Virus record (IMG/VR): IMGVR_UViG_2932480793_000001
Location: 1 to 64,000 of that record
Strand: one strand, 5' to 3'
Origin: a virus
Taxonomy: Duplodnaviria > Caudoviricetes
DNA length: 64,000 nt
The notes below the pieces were generated by a model. It saw only the letters and a list, made by a program, of their open reading frames with translations. It was not told the origin of the DNA and made no database searches. Numbering within the stretch: the first letter of the stretch is position 1; each line of letters starts with the position of its first letter. Below, one piece after another: positions 17,301-26,297 of the stretch. Position numbers and translations under genes: made by a program.

Positions 17301-20166
17301 ACGCCGGAATCAGCATCGGCAGGACCGGCAACAGTTGCTGGAGGAGGTTCAGGAACTGGGCGGCGAACTGCTGTGCCAGCTCGGATATGACCGCGGCCAG
17401 GCCCTCGATGATCGGTGTGAGGATCGGGCCGAGTTGGGCGGCGATCTGTGCGATGACCGGTGCCAGGGCGTTGAAGACGGTCACCAGCATGTTGAAGATC
17501 GGGGTGACCAGGGGCAGCAGGTCACCGATCAGCTTCCCGAGGACGGGGAGGAGCGGCGACACGGCCTTGACTAGGGCGATGATCGCCTGAGCGGCCACCA
17601 CCAGGACCGGGCCCAGCGCTTCCGCGACAGGGAGAAGCGCCTCCCCCAGGGTGGCGAAGAGGTCGCTGACGGCGGGGCCCAGGAGCTTCGCTACCTGCGT
17701 CACCGACGGGGCCAGCGCCGCCAGCACCGGCAGGACTGCTTGGATGGCGTCACCGAGCGCGCCGGCGATAAGCCCGGCAACGGCCTGAACAGCAGAGAAG
17801 ATCGCTGCCAGCGAGGCTTGCACCTCGGGCAGGGCGGTGACCCGGCGGATCTCCGCCAGGGCGGATCCGATGATGGCGAAGAAGTCGCCGCCCCCATCAG
17901 CGGCGGCCCCGAAGACGTTCTTGATGATGCCGCCGAGGTCTGCCAGCACCCCGCTGAACTGGACGGCAATGTCGAGGGCTGTGTTGATCGCCTCTTCGAG
18001 CCTGCCGTTCTCCAGTCCCTCGGCAAGCTTGGCCATGACCCGGTCCATGGCCTCACCCGCACCACGGGTGAGGCGGTCCCAGGCAGGGCCGGCTGCGATG
18101 GTGAGCTGGGACAGACCCGTGACGATCTGGCCCGGGACTTGGACGAGGTTCCCGAGCCCGTTGCGGATGACGTCGAACGTGCCTTTGAGCTGCCCGGTGC
18201 GTTCCAGGGTGTCGACAGCGGTAAGGGCGTTCTTCGCCATGTCTCTGAGCTCGCCAGCGGCTCCGACGAACCCGGCCCGGACGGTGGGCAGGATGCGCCC
18301 GCCGACGGCCTGGAGGCGGCTGCCGAGCCCGGCGAAGAGGGCGTCCTGCACGTCGAGCTTCATGGCCCGCCAGGCAGGTGCCATGGCCTGGAGGGTGCTT
18401 ACGAAGCCGCGGGCGTTCGGGCTGAGCTTCGAGATCGCGTCGTCGAGCTTCGTGGTCTGCGTGGCCGCAGTCTGCTGGGCGTCCGCAACAGCGCGGGTGG
18501 CGTCGGCGACAGCGCGGTGGGCGTCGACCAGACCACGCTGCTGCTCAGCGACCTGCTCGTTCGCCGACCGGATACGTTCCTGCGCCTGCACCACCGCGTC
18601 GGAGCCGGCGACCCCGGCCCGGTTCGCGGCGGCGGTGTCGACTTGGAGGCGCTTCTGCTGCCGGGACTGCTCTTCGGCCGCCGCCCGGGCCCGCTCCAGT
18701 GCAAGGTCGGCCTGCTGGATCTGCAACTGGGTGGCGGTCGGGTCGGAGCGGGTTTTCGCGAGGTCGAGTTCGGCCTGCTCGATGTCGAGTGCGGCCTGCT
18801 TCTGGTCGAGTGCGCCTTGGCGGAGGCGCTGGTTCATGTCCTCCAGGTCGCGGGCGGCTTGCCTGCGGGCGGCGGACAGTTCCTGCTGCGCCTGCCGGGC
18901 GGTGCGCTGGGCCTGGGACAGGTTGCGTTCGGCGTCGGCAACACCGCGCTGCGCGTTAGCAAGGGACCGCTGGGCGGTTTCGACCTGCCGGGTCGCTGTG
19001 ACTGCGGCCTTCGCTTCGGCCGGCGCCGGGTTGAACGCGGCTTTGATGGCGTCGCCGACCCCGGACGTGCCCAGCTTGATGGCGCCGAACGCGGTGGCGA
19101 GTGTGAGGATGCCGGGGGCTGCGACAGCAGCGAGGGGCCCCATCTGGGCGATTGCCTGCCCCATCGCGGACAGTTGGGGTGTGGCGAGGAGCGCCGCGGC
19201 GGCGAGCTTCGCTATGCGTCCGGTGAGGATCCCGGCCTGGGCGGATGCGCTGCCGCCGCTTCCACCGAAGCTGCCGAGGGCTGAGGTGATTCCGGCGAGA
19301 CCGAACAGGCGTGTGCGGATGTTGACGGTGCGGTCGCGGGCAACGTGGTTGAGGGCGGTGTTCGCTGCGGCGGTGTCGGCTCGAGCTGCGACGCGGACGG
19401 TGCGCCGGCGGGTGAGGTTGCTGATGTCGTCGGCGGCGACCCGGGTGTCGACGTCGACACCGACACGGACGCGCTGCCGTTGGGTAAGGCCGCGGAGTTC
19501 GTTAGCAGCCACTCGGGTGTCGAGGGTGGCGCGGATTTGAACGAAGCGGTCGGCGGTGAGTTTATCGAGGGCCTTCTCAACGCGCTTGTACGCCGCATCG
19601 TTGATCTTGGCGACGATGTCGACGGTGGTCTGCCCGAACCCGGCGAGCTTCGCTTTGGCGGCGGTGTCGTCGACCTGCGCCGTGATCTTCACTGTGCGGT
19701 CGGCGCTCAGCTTCCCGAGCGCCGCCTTCGCCGCCGTGTCGTCGAGTTGGGCAGTGATCTTCACGGTGCGCTGGTCCGTGAGCCTGCCCAGCCCGGCGCG
19801 CGCCGCGGTGTCGTCCAGTTCGGCTCGGACCTTCACCGTGCGGTCCCGAGTCAGGCGGGTCAGTGCAGTGGTGGCCGCCTTGTCGTCCAACTCGGCGGTG
19901 ATCTTGACCGTGCGCGTCTTGGTCAGCTTGGTGAGCTTGGCCTCAGCCACGGTGGTCATCAGGTCGACACCGACGCGCACGGTGGGTGTGGCGGCTGCGA
20001 GCTTCCGTCGGATCCCGTCGAGGATCTGGTCTCCGGCGACTTCCCCGGCGAGCTTGGCGGGCTGGCGGATCGCGGAGGGCAGCTCGACACGGAGCCGGTC
20101 GCCGAACTGGGTCGTGTCCGGGATGAGGCTCACCCGGGTGGATCCGACGAGTGTCGGCTCGGCCAT
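14302..20166 (-). CDS. Tape measure protein with M23 peptidase and lytic transglycosylase domains
   Basis: 1954 aa, helical and repetitive; HTGLDF...YAHMS...GPHLHLE (M23); ESGGNP...GLMQVI (SLT). Confidence 0.95.
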   Translation of the reverse strand: MAEPTLVGSTRVSLIPDTTQFGDRLRVELPSAIRQPAKLAGEVAGDQILDGIRRKLAAATPTVRVGVDLMTTVAEAKLTKLTKTRTVKITAELDDKAATTALTRLTRDRTVKVRAELDDTAARAGLGRLTDQRTVKITAQLDDTAAKAALGKLSADRTVKITAQVDDTAAKAKLAGFGQTTVDIVAKINDAAYKRVEKALDKLTADRFVQIRATLDTRVAANELRGLTQRQRVRVGVDVDTRVAADDISNLTRRRTVRVAARADTAAANTALNHVARDRTVNIRTRLFGLAGITSALGSFGGSGGSASAQAGILTGRIAKLAAAALLATPQLSAMGQAIAQMGPLAAVAAPGILTLATAFGAIKLGTSGVGDAIKAAFNPAPAEAKAAVTATRQVETAQRSLANAQRGVADAERNLSQAQRTARQAQQELSAARRQAARDLEDMNQRLRQGALDQKQAALDIEQAELDLAKTRSDPTATQLQIQQADLALERARAAAEEQSRQQKRLQVDTAAANRAGVAGSDAVVQAQERIRSANEQVAEQQRGLVDAHRAVADATRAVADAQQTAATQTTKLDDAISKLSPNARGFVSTLQAMAPAWRAMKLDVQDALFAGLGSRLQAVGGRILPTVRAGFVGAAGELRDMAKNALTAVDTLERTGQLKGTFDVIRNGLGNLVQVPGQIVTGLSQLTIAAGPAWDRLTRGAGEAMDRVMAKLAEGLENGRLEEAINTALDIAVQFSGVLADLGGIIKNVFGAAADGGGDFFAIIGSALAEIRRVTALPEVQASLAAIFSAVQAVAGLIAGALGDAIQAVLPVLAALAPSVTQVAKLLGPAVSDLFATLGEALLPVAEALGPVLVVAAQAIIALVKAVSPLLPVLGKLIGDLLPLVTPIFNMLVTVFNALAPVIAQIAAQLGPILTPIIEGLAAVISELAQQFAAQFLNLLQQLLPVLPMLIPAFIQLGQAIGQILLALAPLLPQLLLLSTMFIVELLPALLPLLPPMIQFSTLLTQLAVMVITGIVVPAMTKFIEHMTALREKLGPAVDAIKWVTEKIAGAFEWLYDFLLGHSVIPDIVNGAIRWFTDLRNGAIRIFNWIREKVAGAWSGLWNNIKTTASDAWGSVRRGFDNFAEKLSGAFNTLKKNLGKIWDGLKDLVKAPIKFWIDVVYNKGIVSVWNKTAAKIPGIDPLKEMNLPKGFARGGILPGFSTWRQGDDQLVPMRRGEGVYVSEAMRDPYERARLHAVNQAAMRGQSLRAFRGFAEGGIFDGITNAVGNVLSKGADVARGGLADLAESAFSPVKKGITKALGKNKGTWPGMIGQAPIGLINKAIDYIRGKDIVEGTGQWLKPVSAPYGTPFGKPGLMWSSGRHTGLDFPAKTGTPIRAVDSGIVRQAIDSGPYGKHIEINHGSGLSSLYAHMSAMLARASDTVKRGQQIGRVGATGNTTGPHLHLEARIKGKTVDPMRYLEGGGDGGSGGAGVERFRGVVTQALGQVGQSLSLVNTTLRRMNQESGGNPKAVNRNDINWINGTPSVGLMQVIRPTFDAYAGKYRKTGPKLYGVSVDPMANIYASMRYALSRYGSLSSAYNRPGGYALGGIVGGVQISTGFRRGSGYATGGVIRVGGKSIDTGPIAASVGANFLKALAGTASAIDKAMTQVATAVKNAFKGVKTTLDDKLVRQLTTQNKTLQSLAKQRDTIAAKISQAKAFAAETTTNAASFASLTSLPNSGLPFGADGILNGLQVRLGQLNAFSKNLEILGKRGLSKALIGQIIAAGPDQGAPYAAALVKATDAQLKSINATQVQIGKATSAYGSAAADAMYDAGSMAGKGFLTGLVAQEKAIVKAMADLAKKIQKTIKVELKIKSPSQVLAGLGRFTGLGFVRGVRDTIPQAAAAAASMARVVRSTAAATVARTEVSSVNNTSGDRVLNYNARVTEVASKRSILDALAQDDMLHRPVMSGAN
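19665..19920 (-). repeat. 24-aa (72-bp) tandem repeats near the TMP N-terminus
   Basis: RTVKITAELDDKAA / RTVKVRAELDDTAA / RTVKITAQLDDTAA / RTVKITAQVDDTAA. Confidence 0.8.
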
Positions 20167-20180
20167 GCTGCCCTCCCCTC

Positions 20181-20675
20181 CTACGGTGCTGCTTCGAGTT
20201 CGCGGAGCTTGCTGGCCCAGTGGTCGATCTCCGCTTGATCGGTCTGGGTGCCGGGTGAGAACTGGTTGAGGACTGCCTCGGAGTAGGCGACTCCGGCGGC
20301 TTCAAGTTCGGCCTGCCGCTCGTCGACCTCGGTGGCCGGCGACTCAACAGGTGGCATGTCCGGCGGGTCGCCCTTGAGGTGGGCGGCCCACAGGACCCGG
20401 ATCATGAGGAGGAGCGCGTTGTACTGGGCTGCTTGCAGGTAGGTGTCCTGCGTCCAGCGGCGACCCTCCAAGTCCCCGGCGGTGGCCGCTTTCGTCGCGG
20501 AGTCCTCCGGGAGGTGTTGGACCAGGTCGCGGAGTTCGGCCCAGTTCATGGACCCCTCACCCCAGGACATGGCCCAGAACTCTTCTAGGCGGCGGCCGGG
20601 GTAGTACCGCTGGAGGTCGGCGCGGACGGCTCCGGGGTGCTCTCGGAGGAGCTGGAGGAGCCAGAGCCTTCCCCC
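20181..20675 (-). CDS. Tail assembly chaperone, frameshifted C-terminal part (G-T fusion)
   Basis: The -1 frame from GGGGGAA (20669-20675) is open to 20181: RLWLLQLLREHPGAVRADLQRYY...MSWGEGSMNW. Confidence 0.8.
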   Translation of the reverse strand, partial: GGRLWLLQLLREHPGAVRADLQRYYPGRRLEEFWAMSWGEGSMNWAELRDLVQHLPEDSATKAATAGDLEGRRWTQDTYLQAAQYNALLLMIRVLWAAHLKGDPPDMPPVESPATEVDERQAELEAAGVAYSEAVLNQFSPGTQTDQAEIDHWASKLRELEAAP

Positions 20676-20998
20676 TGGGTGGTGCCCGCCTCCTCGTTCA
20701 TCTCGTCGAGGATGTCCTTCAGTTCACCGAGGGTGAGCTTGGCGACGGACACCAGCCGGTCGAAGGCGTCCTTGGGTCGGGCGATCTCGCGGAGGACGTT
20801 GAGGTTGGCGTTGCCGCCCTTCTCCTCGACCTCCTCGATGACCTCCAGCGGCCAGTTGTCCTGCACGGGGAACGAGCAGGTCTCTTCGACGCCGTCGGTG
20901 TTCTCGAAGACGACGTCGAGGAACTGGACCTTGGCAGCGGAGGCGCGCTGGGCGCGCATCTGCTGCAGCCGGATGACCTTGCGGTTGGGCTTGGACAT
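20585..20998 (-). CDS. Tail assembly chaperone (G)
   Basis: Between tail tube and TMP; low-complexity Ser/Pro tail after the slippery site. Confidence 0.85.
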   Translation of the reverse strand: MSKPNRKVIRLQQMRAQRASAAKVQFLDVVFENTDGVEETCSFPVQDNWPLEVIEEVEEKGGNANLNVLREIARPKDAFDRLVSVAKLTLGELKDILDEMNEEAGTTQGEGSGSSSSSESTPEPSAPTSSGTTPAAA

Positions 20999-21100
20999 GG
21001 TGTGGCTTCCTTACTTGGGCAGGGGCAGGCGGGGGCTTGCAGGTGGCCCGTCGTGCCGCCCCCGCCCAGGGATTGAGCGCGACGGACCACCAGTCGGGGG

Positions 21101-21691
21101 TTAGTCCTCGGGGAGCGCCACGTCGGTGATCTGGTGCTGGACGGACTGGGCACCACCCGGGGCACTGAGCGCGGTGAAGGTCAGCTCGTAGTTCGAGGAG
21201 TCGTCCGCGCTGTGCTTGCGGGCGCCACGGTCCGACACACCACAGCGGGCGATCATGATGCGGTGACGCTTCCCGCCGTAGATGACGTCCAGGCCCAGGG
21301 CGATCTCGACCGTGTCCTGGGTGCTGCCAGACCCGAAGGAGATGAACTGCTTCTTCGCCGGCGGACCCACCGCCGCCGCGGTGCTTGTCATGTTCGAGAG
21401 CTGCACCTGGTAGTACAGGGACAGCAGTTGGGCGGTGGTCTCGCGGAACGTGAGCTTGAACGTCTGGGTGCGCTTCTTCGCGAGGTCGACGACGGGCGCG
21501 TCTTCGCCCCAGGCGTCGAGCTGGGTGCGCTCCTCGGCCATGGCCTCTTCGAGGCCGTCGGGGGTGATGAAGCCCATGTCGACGAAGTCGGTGCCCCAGG
21601 CGAGTTCGGGGCCGAGGGGGAAGGTGGAGCCGACGGGGGCGGCGTAGGCCTTGCCCGCCGTACCGACGATGATGTTCGCAGAGTCGCCCAC
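21101..21691 (-). CDS. Major tail (tube) protein
   Basis: DMGFITPDGL...LDAWG...YELTFTAL pattern and position. Confidence 0.88.
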   Translation of the reverse strand: MGDSANIIVGTAGKAYAAPVGSTFPLGPELAWGTDFVDMGFITPDGLEEAMAEERTQLDAWGEDAPVVDLAKKRTQTFKLTFRETTAQLLSLYYQVQLSNMTSTAAAVGPPAKKQFISFGSGSTQDTVEIALGLDVIYGGKRHRIMIARCGVSDRGARKHSADDSSNYELTFTALSAPGGAQSVQHQITDVALPED

Positions 21692-21701
21692 GACGGGCCT
21701 C

Positions 21702-22130
21702 CTAGCTGTTCGGGAGGGGTGGGCGGACGCTCATCCCCAGGATCATGCCGACACGGGCGACACCCGTGTTGGGCTCTTCTGGTCGGTCTTGCGGGCCGGT
21801 CTCCTCGGAGATTCCGGCGACGATCCCGTCTGCGGTGGACCGGCCGGGTAGCAGCTCCCACTCGGCCCGCACTCGCAGCGCGAGGCGCATGGCCGCGCCT
21901 TCGGTGGTGTCGTAGCAGTCGACGGAGAACCGGGGCCGATCTCGCGTGGCTGGGTCGGACCAGCCGCGCATGTCGCTGGTCCCGCCGACCCGGAGCACCC
22001 TGACGAGCGGGAGCGCGGCGTCGAACGCCTTGCCCTCGGGGAGCTTCGAGGCCACCCGCACGCCGGGCATGGCGGCGGTGAGCAGGTCGACGGCGATCTG
22101 CTTGGCGTCGGGTAGGACCAATGCGGCCAT
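21702..22130 (-). CDS. Tail terminator
   Basis: LPLVRVLRVGG...DRPRFSVDCY; precedes the tube gene. Confidence 0.8.
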   Translation of the reverse strand: MAALVLPDAKQIAVDLLTAAMPGVRVASKLPEGKAFDAALPLVRVLRVGGTSDMRGWSDPATRDRPRFSVDCYDTTEGAAMRLALRVRAEWELLPGRSTADGIVAGISEETGPQDRPEEPNTGVARVGMILGMSVRPPLPNS

Positions 22131-22132
22131 GG

Positions 22133-22345
22133 CTACTTGCCTGCGGCCTTCTGCGGCTGACTGCCGGTCGTCGGGTTCTTCTCCCCTGCGGTCTTCGCGG
22201 CGTCGTCGGCCTTCTTGTCGTCGATCGGCTCGGCGTAGCCCTTCCAGCGGTGGACCTCGTCGGCGGGGACGTCGACGGTGTCGCCGGGCTGCTTGTCGCC
22301 ACGCCAGAACGTGAGCTTCATCTTCACGGTGCTGGGGTCAGACAT
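22133..22345 (-). CDS. Small virion-region protein
   Basis: MSDPSTVKMKLTFWRGDKQPGDTVDV; GGAGG RBS. Confidence 0.65.
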   Translation of the reverse strand: MSDPSTVKMKLTFWRGDKQPGDTVDVPADEVHRWKGYAEPIDDKKADDAAKTAGEKNPTTGSQPQKAAGK

Positions 22346-22670
22346 GGTGGTCGCCTCCTGCGGCGTCGAGAGCGTTGCCGAGCGTGTGGTTCGGCAGATG
22401 GATACGGCGGCCGTGGCGATCGGTCTGCCGGGTGCCGAGTTCCACGTAGATGGAGTGGTCGGCGTCGGCGTCCACGTGACGGGTGCCGTCCAGATCGGGG
22501 CGCTCCACAATGTGGATCTTCGAGCGGTACTCGCCGGTGTCGACCGGAGCCGTCAGCTGCGCCACGCCGACGACCCGACCCATCCGCGCACCAAGGTCGG
22601 CCTGCACATCGGGGTGCATGACCAGTCCGGCGATCGCGTCCTCGTCGAGGTCGATACGGATGTCGTTCAT
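22338..22670 (-). CDS. HK97 gp10-like neck protein
   Basis: APVDTGEYRSKI...YVELGT motif. Confidence 0.85.
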   Translation of the reverse strand: MNDIRIDLDEDAIAGLVMHPDVQADLGARMGRVVGVAQLTAPVDTGEYRSKIHIVERPDLDGTRHVDADADHSIYVELGTRQTDRHGRRIHLPNHTLGNALDAAGGDHHV

Positions 22671-23005
22671 CCGGCCACCTCCAGCAGCCGCACCGTCTGC
22701 CCCGACAGCGGACCGGCCTCCTGAACATCGCGCGGAACCCCGTCGACCTCCCAGGTGCGCCCGTCCCACTCGACGCGCTGCCACTCCGAGACCTTCGGGG
22801 CGCGGCGAGGCATGAACAGCTGGGCGACAGTGGCCGTCTGATCCTTGGCTTCCTTCGACTCCGAGGAAGACGAGTAGTCGACGGTGCACCCGTACACCGG
22901 GGTTCGGGTGGCGTGAGCCCAGTCCCGCACCTTGGCGTTGTAGTCCCCGTCGACCAGAGGTGCGTCGACGAGCACGACGGTTTGGCGTCCGATGTGGCCC
23001 GGCAT
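22667..23005 (-). CDS. Head-to-tail stopper
   Basis: RVEWDGRTWEVDGVP; position. Confidence 0.8.
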   Translation of the reverse strand: MPGHIGRQTVVLVDAPLVDGDYNAKVRDWAHATRTPVYGCTVDYSSSSESKEAKDQTATVAQLFMPRRAPKVSEWQRVEWDGRTWEVDGVPRDVQEAGPLSGQTVRLLEVAG

Positions 23006-23376
23006 CAGCCCACCACCAGCGGATCGAAACGGAAGAGACCGCAGGTGCGCAGCAGATCCGCCACGGATGCGGCGAGCTTCTGCGGCTGCTCCCCGTCCCG
23101 CAGCGGGCGCTTCGAGAACGACCTGATCCCCGTCGACATCGACTGCAGGTCCGACTGAGCCTCAGTCTCGTCACCGCGGTCCAGCATCCAATGCACCTGC
23201 TGGACCGTCGCCTGCCGCAACACCTCCACAACCTCGGCGTCATCGCGGTCGTACCACGCCCCCAGCAGGGCACGGTCGACACGCTGCGACGCCAACGTCA
23301 GCAAGCGCACAGCGTTCGGCGGGGCCGGCTCGGGGGCCAGCCACGCTGCGAGATCGGGGACAGTCGCGTAGGGCAC
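23005..23376 (-). CDS. Head-to-tail adaptor
   Basis: YATVPDLAAW...LLTLASQRVD...ATVQQV. Confidence 0.8.
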   Translation of the reverse strand: MPYATVPDLAAWLAPEPAPPNAVRLLTLASQRVDRALLGAWYDRDDAEVVEVLRQATVQQVHWMLDRGDETEAQSDLQSMSTGIRSFSKRPLRDGEQPQKLAASVADLLRTCGLFRFDPLVVG

Positions 23377-23379
23377 CGG

Positions 23380-24057
23380 CTACTCCTGGCCCTCAGGGTC
23401 GCGGGCGTCCTCGACGACCTGGGCGTAGTCCTGGCACTCCTGCTTAGTGGCGTCCTTCGCCTCGTCCGGGTCCATGCCCAGGGCGACGGCGTACTCCCGC
23501 CACGTATCGACCTTGGCGTTCGCCGCCGGCTTCTTCGGCAGATCGGCCGTCGGCTCGTCACCGTCGTCTTCGGTCGACGCCTCGGACTTCCGGGGCTCCG
23601 ACTTCGGGTGCACGTCGCCGCGCGCTTCGCTGGGGCGACCGTCGACGCTCGCATGCTCCGGGCCGCGGGTGCCCTCGCCTGCGTCACCGACGACACCGGT
23701 ATCGGTGCCCTCAACGGCGTCGACCCACTCCATCAGCTGCTGGTGAGACATGGTGGACGCCTTCGTGGCGAGGAGCCCAAGGCGCACCGCATAGGTGGCC
23801 CACGCCCCCGTGTGGTCACCCGGCTCCGGCTTCTCCGCCGCCCCATGCACGTTCTTCCCGACCCGGGTGGCTGCGGGGGCGTCCGCACCGTGCTGGATAA
23901 CCTGCGGCAACACCTTCTGGTCCGGGTCCAGCAGCGGATCACCGTCCTCCGCCAGGCGCAGCTCACCCCGGTGGACCTGGGCGGCCATCATCGGGTCGAG
24001 CGGCTCGTCAAGCAGGACCCGCATGCCACCCGCGCCGACATACTCGCGGGCTGCCAT
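23380..24057 (-). CDS. Acidic head-region protein with two copies of a small helical module
   Basis: KPEPGDHTGAWATYAVRLG and KPAANAKVDTWREYAVALG. Confidence 0.65.
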   Translation of the reverse strand: MAAREYVGAGGMRVLLDEPLDPMMAAQVHRGELRLAEDGDPLLDPDQKVLPQVIQHGADAPAATRVGKNVHGAAEKPEPGDHTGAWATYAVRLGLLATKASTMSHQQLMEWVDAVEGTDTGVVGDAGEGTRGPEHASVDGRPSEARGDVHPKSEPRKSEASTEDDGDEPTADLPKKPAANAKVDTWREYAVALGMDPDEAKDATKQECQDYAQVVEDARDPEGQE

Positions 24058-24431
24058 CACAGGCTCCGGGCGAGCTTGAACGCGGTGACAGTGCCGGTGA
24101 AACCGGACTCGAAGTCGATGTTCAGCTTCCCGCCGTGCTGCAGGTAGCGGGCCTCGGAGAACGGGCCGATCCACCGGGTTCCGGAGGCGCCGACGGACAC
24201 CTCGGTGTCGCCCTGGGTGCGCATCCAGGCCGGGCCGTCCTTGCTGCCGGCGCGGACGGTGACCTTCTTCGCGGAGCCAGCCGAGTTCGCAACGCGCAGC
24301 ACGGTGCGGGACGGGTCGGCGGTGTTGATGACGACGCCATTCGTCACGAGCGTCGAGTCGATCGCAGTGCCGGTCGGGTCGGCGACATCGGTGACGCCGA
24401 GGTTGGTCGGGGTGAGAGCAGTGCGCGGCAT
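24057..24431 (-). CDS. Putative capsid decoration protein
   Basis: 124-aa beta-rich protein immediately after the major capsid gene. Confidence 0.6.
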   Translation of the reverse strand: MPRTALTPTNLGVTDVADPTGTAIDSTLVTNGVVINTADPSRTVLRVANSAGSAKKVTVRAGSKDGPAWMRTQGDTEVSVGASGTRWIGPFSEARYLQHGGKLNIDFESGFTGTVTAFKLARSL

Positions 24432-24471
24432 GATTCCTCCAGAGAGAACGCCGACGAGGTGGTGGGAGGGA

Positions 24472-25332
24472 TCAGGCGGACGGGTCGACGTATGCGACGG
24501 CGATGCCCTCGGGGCGGATCAGCTTCGCGCCGTACACGTGGAGGCCTCGGACGGCGTCGGCGATCGTCGACTCCAGGCGGAGCGCCTCGGTCTCCAGGAT
24601 CTGGTCGACGAACGTCAGGGCCCCGGGGTAGCCGGCCTGGATGACCTGGGTGTCCGAGGACGGGTTCGGGGTGACGTTGGACTCCAGGACGTCGAAGCCG
24701 GCGGCGCGGCCGACGATGCCGTTGCGCAGGCCCTGCTCGTTGCCGGAGGCGTCGACGCGGACGAACCGGTCGTCCTGGAGGAGCGCCCCGGTGAACTCGG
24801 GGGACACGACGACGTACCGGTCCATGCCGGGGACGTTGGCCCGGTTGAGCTTGGTGCGGAGCGGGATGAGGACCTTGTCCCACGCATCCTTGGGGTTGGA
24901 CGCGATGTTGACCGGGGAGCCGGAGGATCCGACGACGTTGGACGGGGCGACCCCGGTGTACAGGGAGGCGACGTACCGGTCGGCCTGGGCGGCGAGCTTC
25001 CGGGCGGCGCGCTGGGTGGTCTTCGCCATCGGGTTGAGGGCGACCTGCGCCTTGTCGACGTCATCCAATTTGAAAGCGAACGCGTCGCCCTGGTCGATGG
25101 GCAGGTCCAGCCCGGCGGTGTCGATGTCTTCGTAGTTGATCGTGTCGCCGGACTTGTAGGGGAAGATCGACGGGTCCCCGATGGTGACGATCCGCACCGA
25201 CTGGCCCTGCGAGGTGATCTCACCCTCGTAGTCGCGGTTGACGATCTGGGGCTGCGCGTAGACGAGTGCCTCGTCCAGCCCGGCCAGGATCTGGGCGGAC
25301 CAGATCTGGGGCTTGAACAGCGCGACGGACAT
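24472..25332 (-). CDS. Major capsid protein
   Basis: FKPQIWSAQIL...VNRDYEGEI...GQSVRI...DAVRGLHVYGAKLIRPE. Confidence 0.92.
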   Translation of the reverse strand: MSVALFKPQIWSAQILAGLDEALVYAQPQIVNRDYEGEITSQGQSVRIVTIGDPSIFPYKSGDTINYEDIDTAGLDLPIDQGDAFAFKLDDVDKAQVALNPMAKTTQRAARKLAAQADRYVASLYTGVAPSNVVGSSGSPVNIASNPKDAWDKVLIPLRTKLNRANVPGMDRYVVVSPEFTGALLQDDRFVRVDASGNEQGLRNGIVGRAAGFDVLESNVTPNPSSDTQVIQAGYPGALTFVDQILETEALRLESTIADAVRGLHVYGAKLIRPEGIAVAYVDPSA

Positions 25333-25341
25333 GGTGGGTCC

Positions 25342-26142
25342 TTATCCGGCCCTGCCCAGGTAGCGGTCGAGCCGCCCTTCGGCCATGGCCTCGTTGATCT
25401 GCTTGGGAGTCATGCGAGATACATCCGCCTCACCCAGCTGCTTCTTGCTCCCACCGGCCCCGTCCATCGGTGCGCCACCTGCGGGGGTGGGCTCCGGCTC
25501 CTTCGGCTCGGGCGCCTTGGCCGCGAGCTTCTTGTTGGAGTCGACTGCCGTCTTCACTGCCTTGCCGACCTGCTCGTCGAAGTTGGCCGCTGTCGGGTCG
25601 AGCTTCGAGATGGCGTTGGCGAAGGAGCGCGAGTCGAGCAGTGCGTCGGGGTCGCCGCCGTGCTTCCCGGCCGTCTTGTAGACGGCGAGCTCCACCTGCG
25701 TCTGGCGGGCCTGCGCGCGGGACTCCTTGGTCTCTCCGCGGGCCTCTTCCAGCTGCTTGGCGAGCTCTTCGGGGGTGGGCGGCTTCTCCTCGTCGGTCTG
25801 GACACCGAAGAGTCCGGCCAGCTTCTTCATGAAGTTGGCCTGCTCGTCGGCAGCCTTCTGCTTGTCCTCCGCACGCTTCTGCTTCTGCTCGTCGACAGCC
25901 TCGCGGAGGTTCTCGATCGCTCGCATGGCGCGCTCGGGGTCGAAGGGGCCATCGAACTTGGGCGCCTTGGCCTTGGGTTCGTTGGGCTTCGGCTCGGTGA
26001 CCGGCTCGGAGGGGGTGGTGGGTGCGGCCGACTCTGGCTGGGCCGGTGCAGTTGGTGCGGCCGGGGGTGTGGGCGGGTTGGCCGACTGGGTGCCGGGGTC
26101 TGCCGTGGTTCCCTCGGGTGCTGCGGGGGCGGGGGTCGTCAT
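25342..26142 (-). CDS. Capsid scaffolding protein
   Basis: GGAGG RBS; Pro-rich N-terminus, charged coiled coil, ALLDSRSF; upstream of the major capsid gene. Confidence 0.85.
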   Translation of the reverse strand: MTTPAPAAPEGTTADPGTQSANPPTPPAAPTAPAQPESAAPTTPSEPVTEPKPNEPKAKAPKFDGPFDPERAMRAIENLREAVDEQKQKRAEDKQKAADEQANFMKKLAGLFGVQTDEEKPPTPEELAKQLEEARGETKESRAQARQTQVELAVYKTAGKHGGDPDALLDSRSFANAISKLDPTAANFDEQVGKAVKTAVDSNKKLAAKAPEPKEPEPTPAGGAPMDGAGGSKKQLGEADVSRMTPKQINEAMAEGRLDRYLGRAG

Positions 26143-26233
26143 CTCGGTGCCTCCTTGGGCGGCCTGCACGCTGGTGCGACACCTTGTTCGCTGGCGTGTT
26201 AGCCCAGATGTTAACCCTGAACCCACCACAATG

Positions 26234-26279
26234 CTGCACAATCAAAGGTCATAGCGCAAGATATCCTTTGAATCCAAGG
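26234..26279. promoter_or_regulatory. 15-bp palindrome plus half-site in the divergent head/packaging promoter region
   Basis: CCTTTGAATCCAAGG at 26265-26279; half-site ATCAAAGG ending at 26248. Confidence 0.6.
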
Positions 26280-26297
26280 ATCAAGGGGGTGGTGAGG

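Noticed and set aside
19200-19950. TMP repeats as a DGR or other diversification device
   Set aside because: Ordinary coding repeats; no reverse transcriptase and no adenine-specific TR/VR pair seen.
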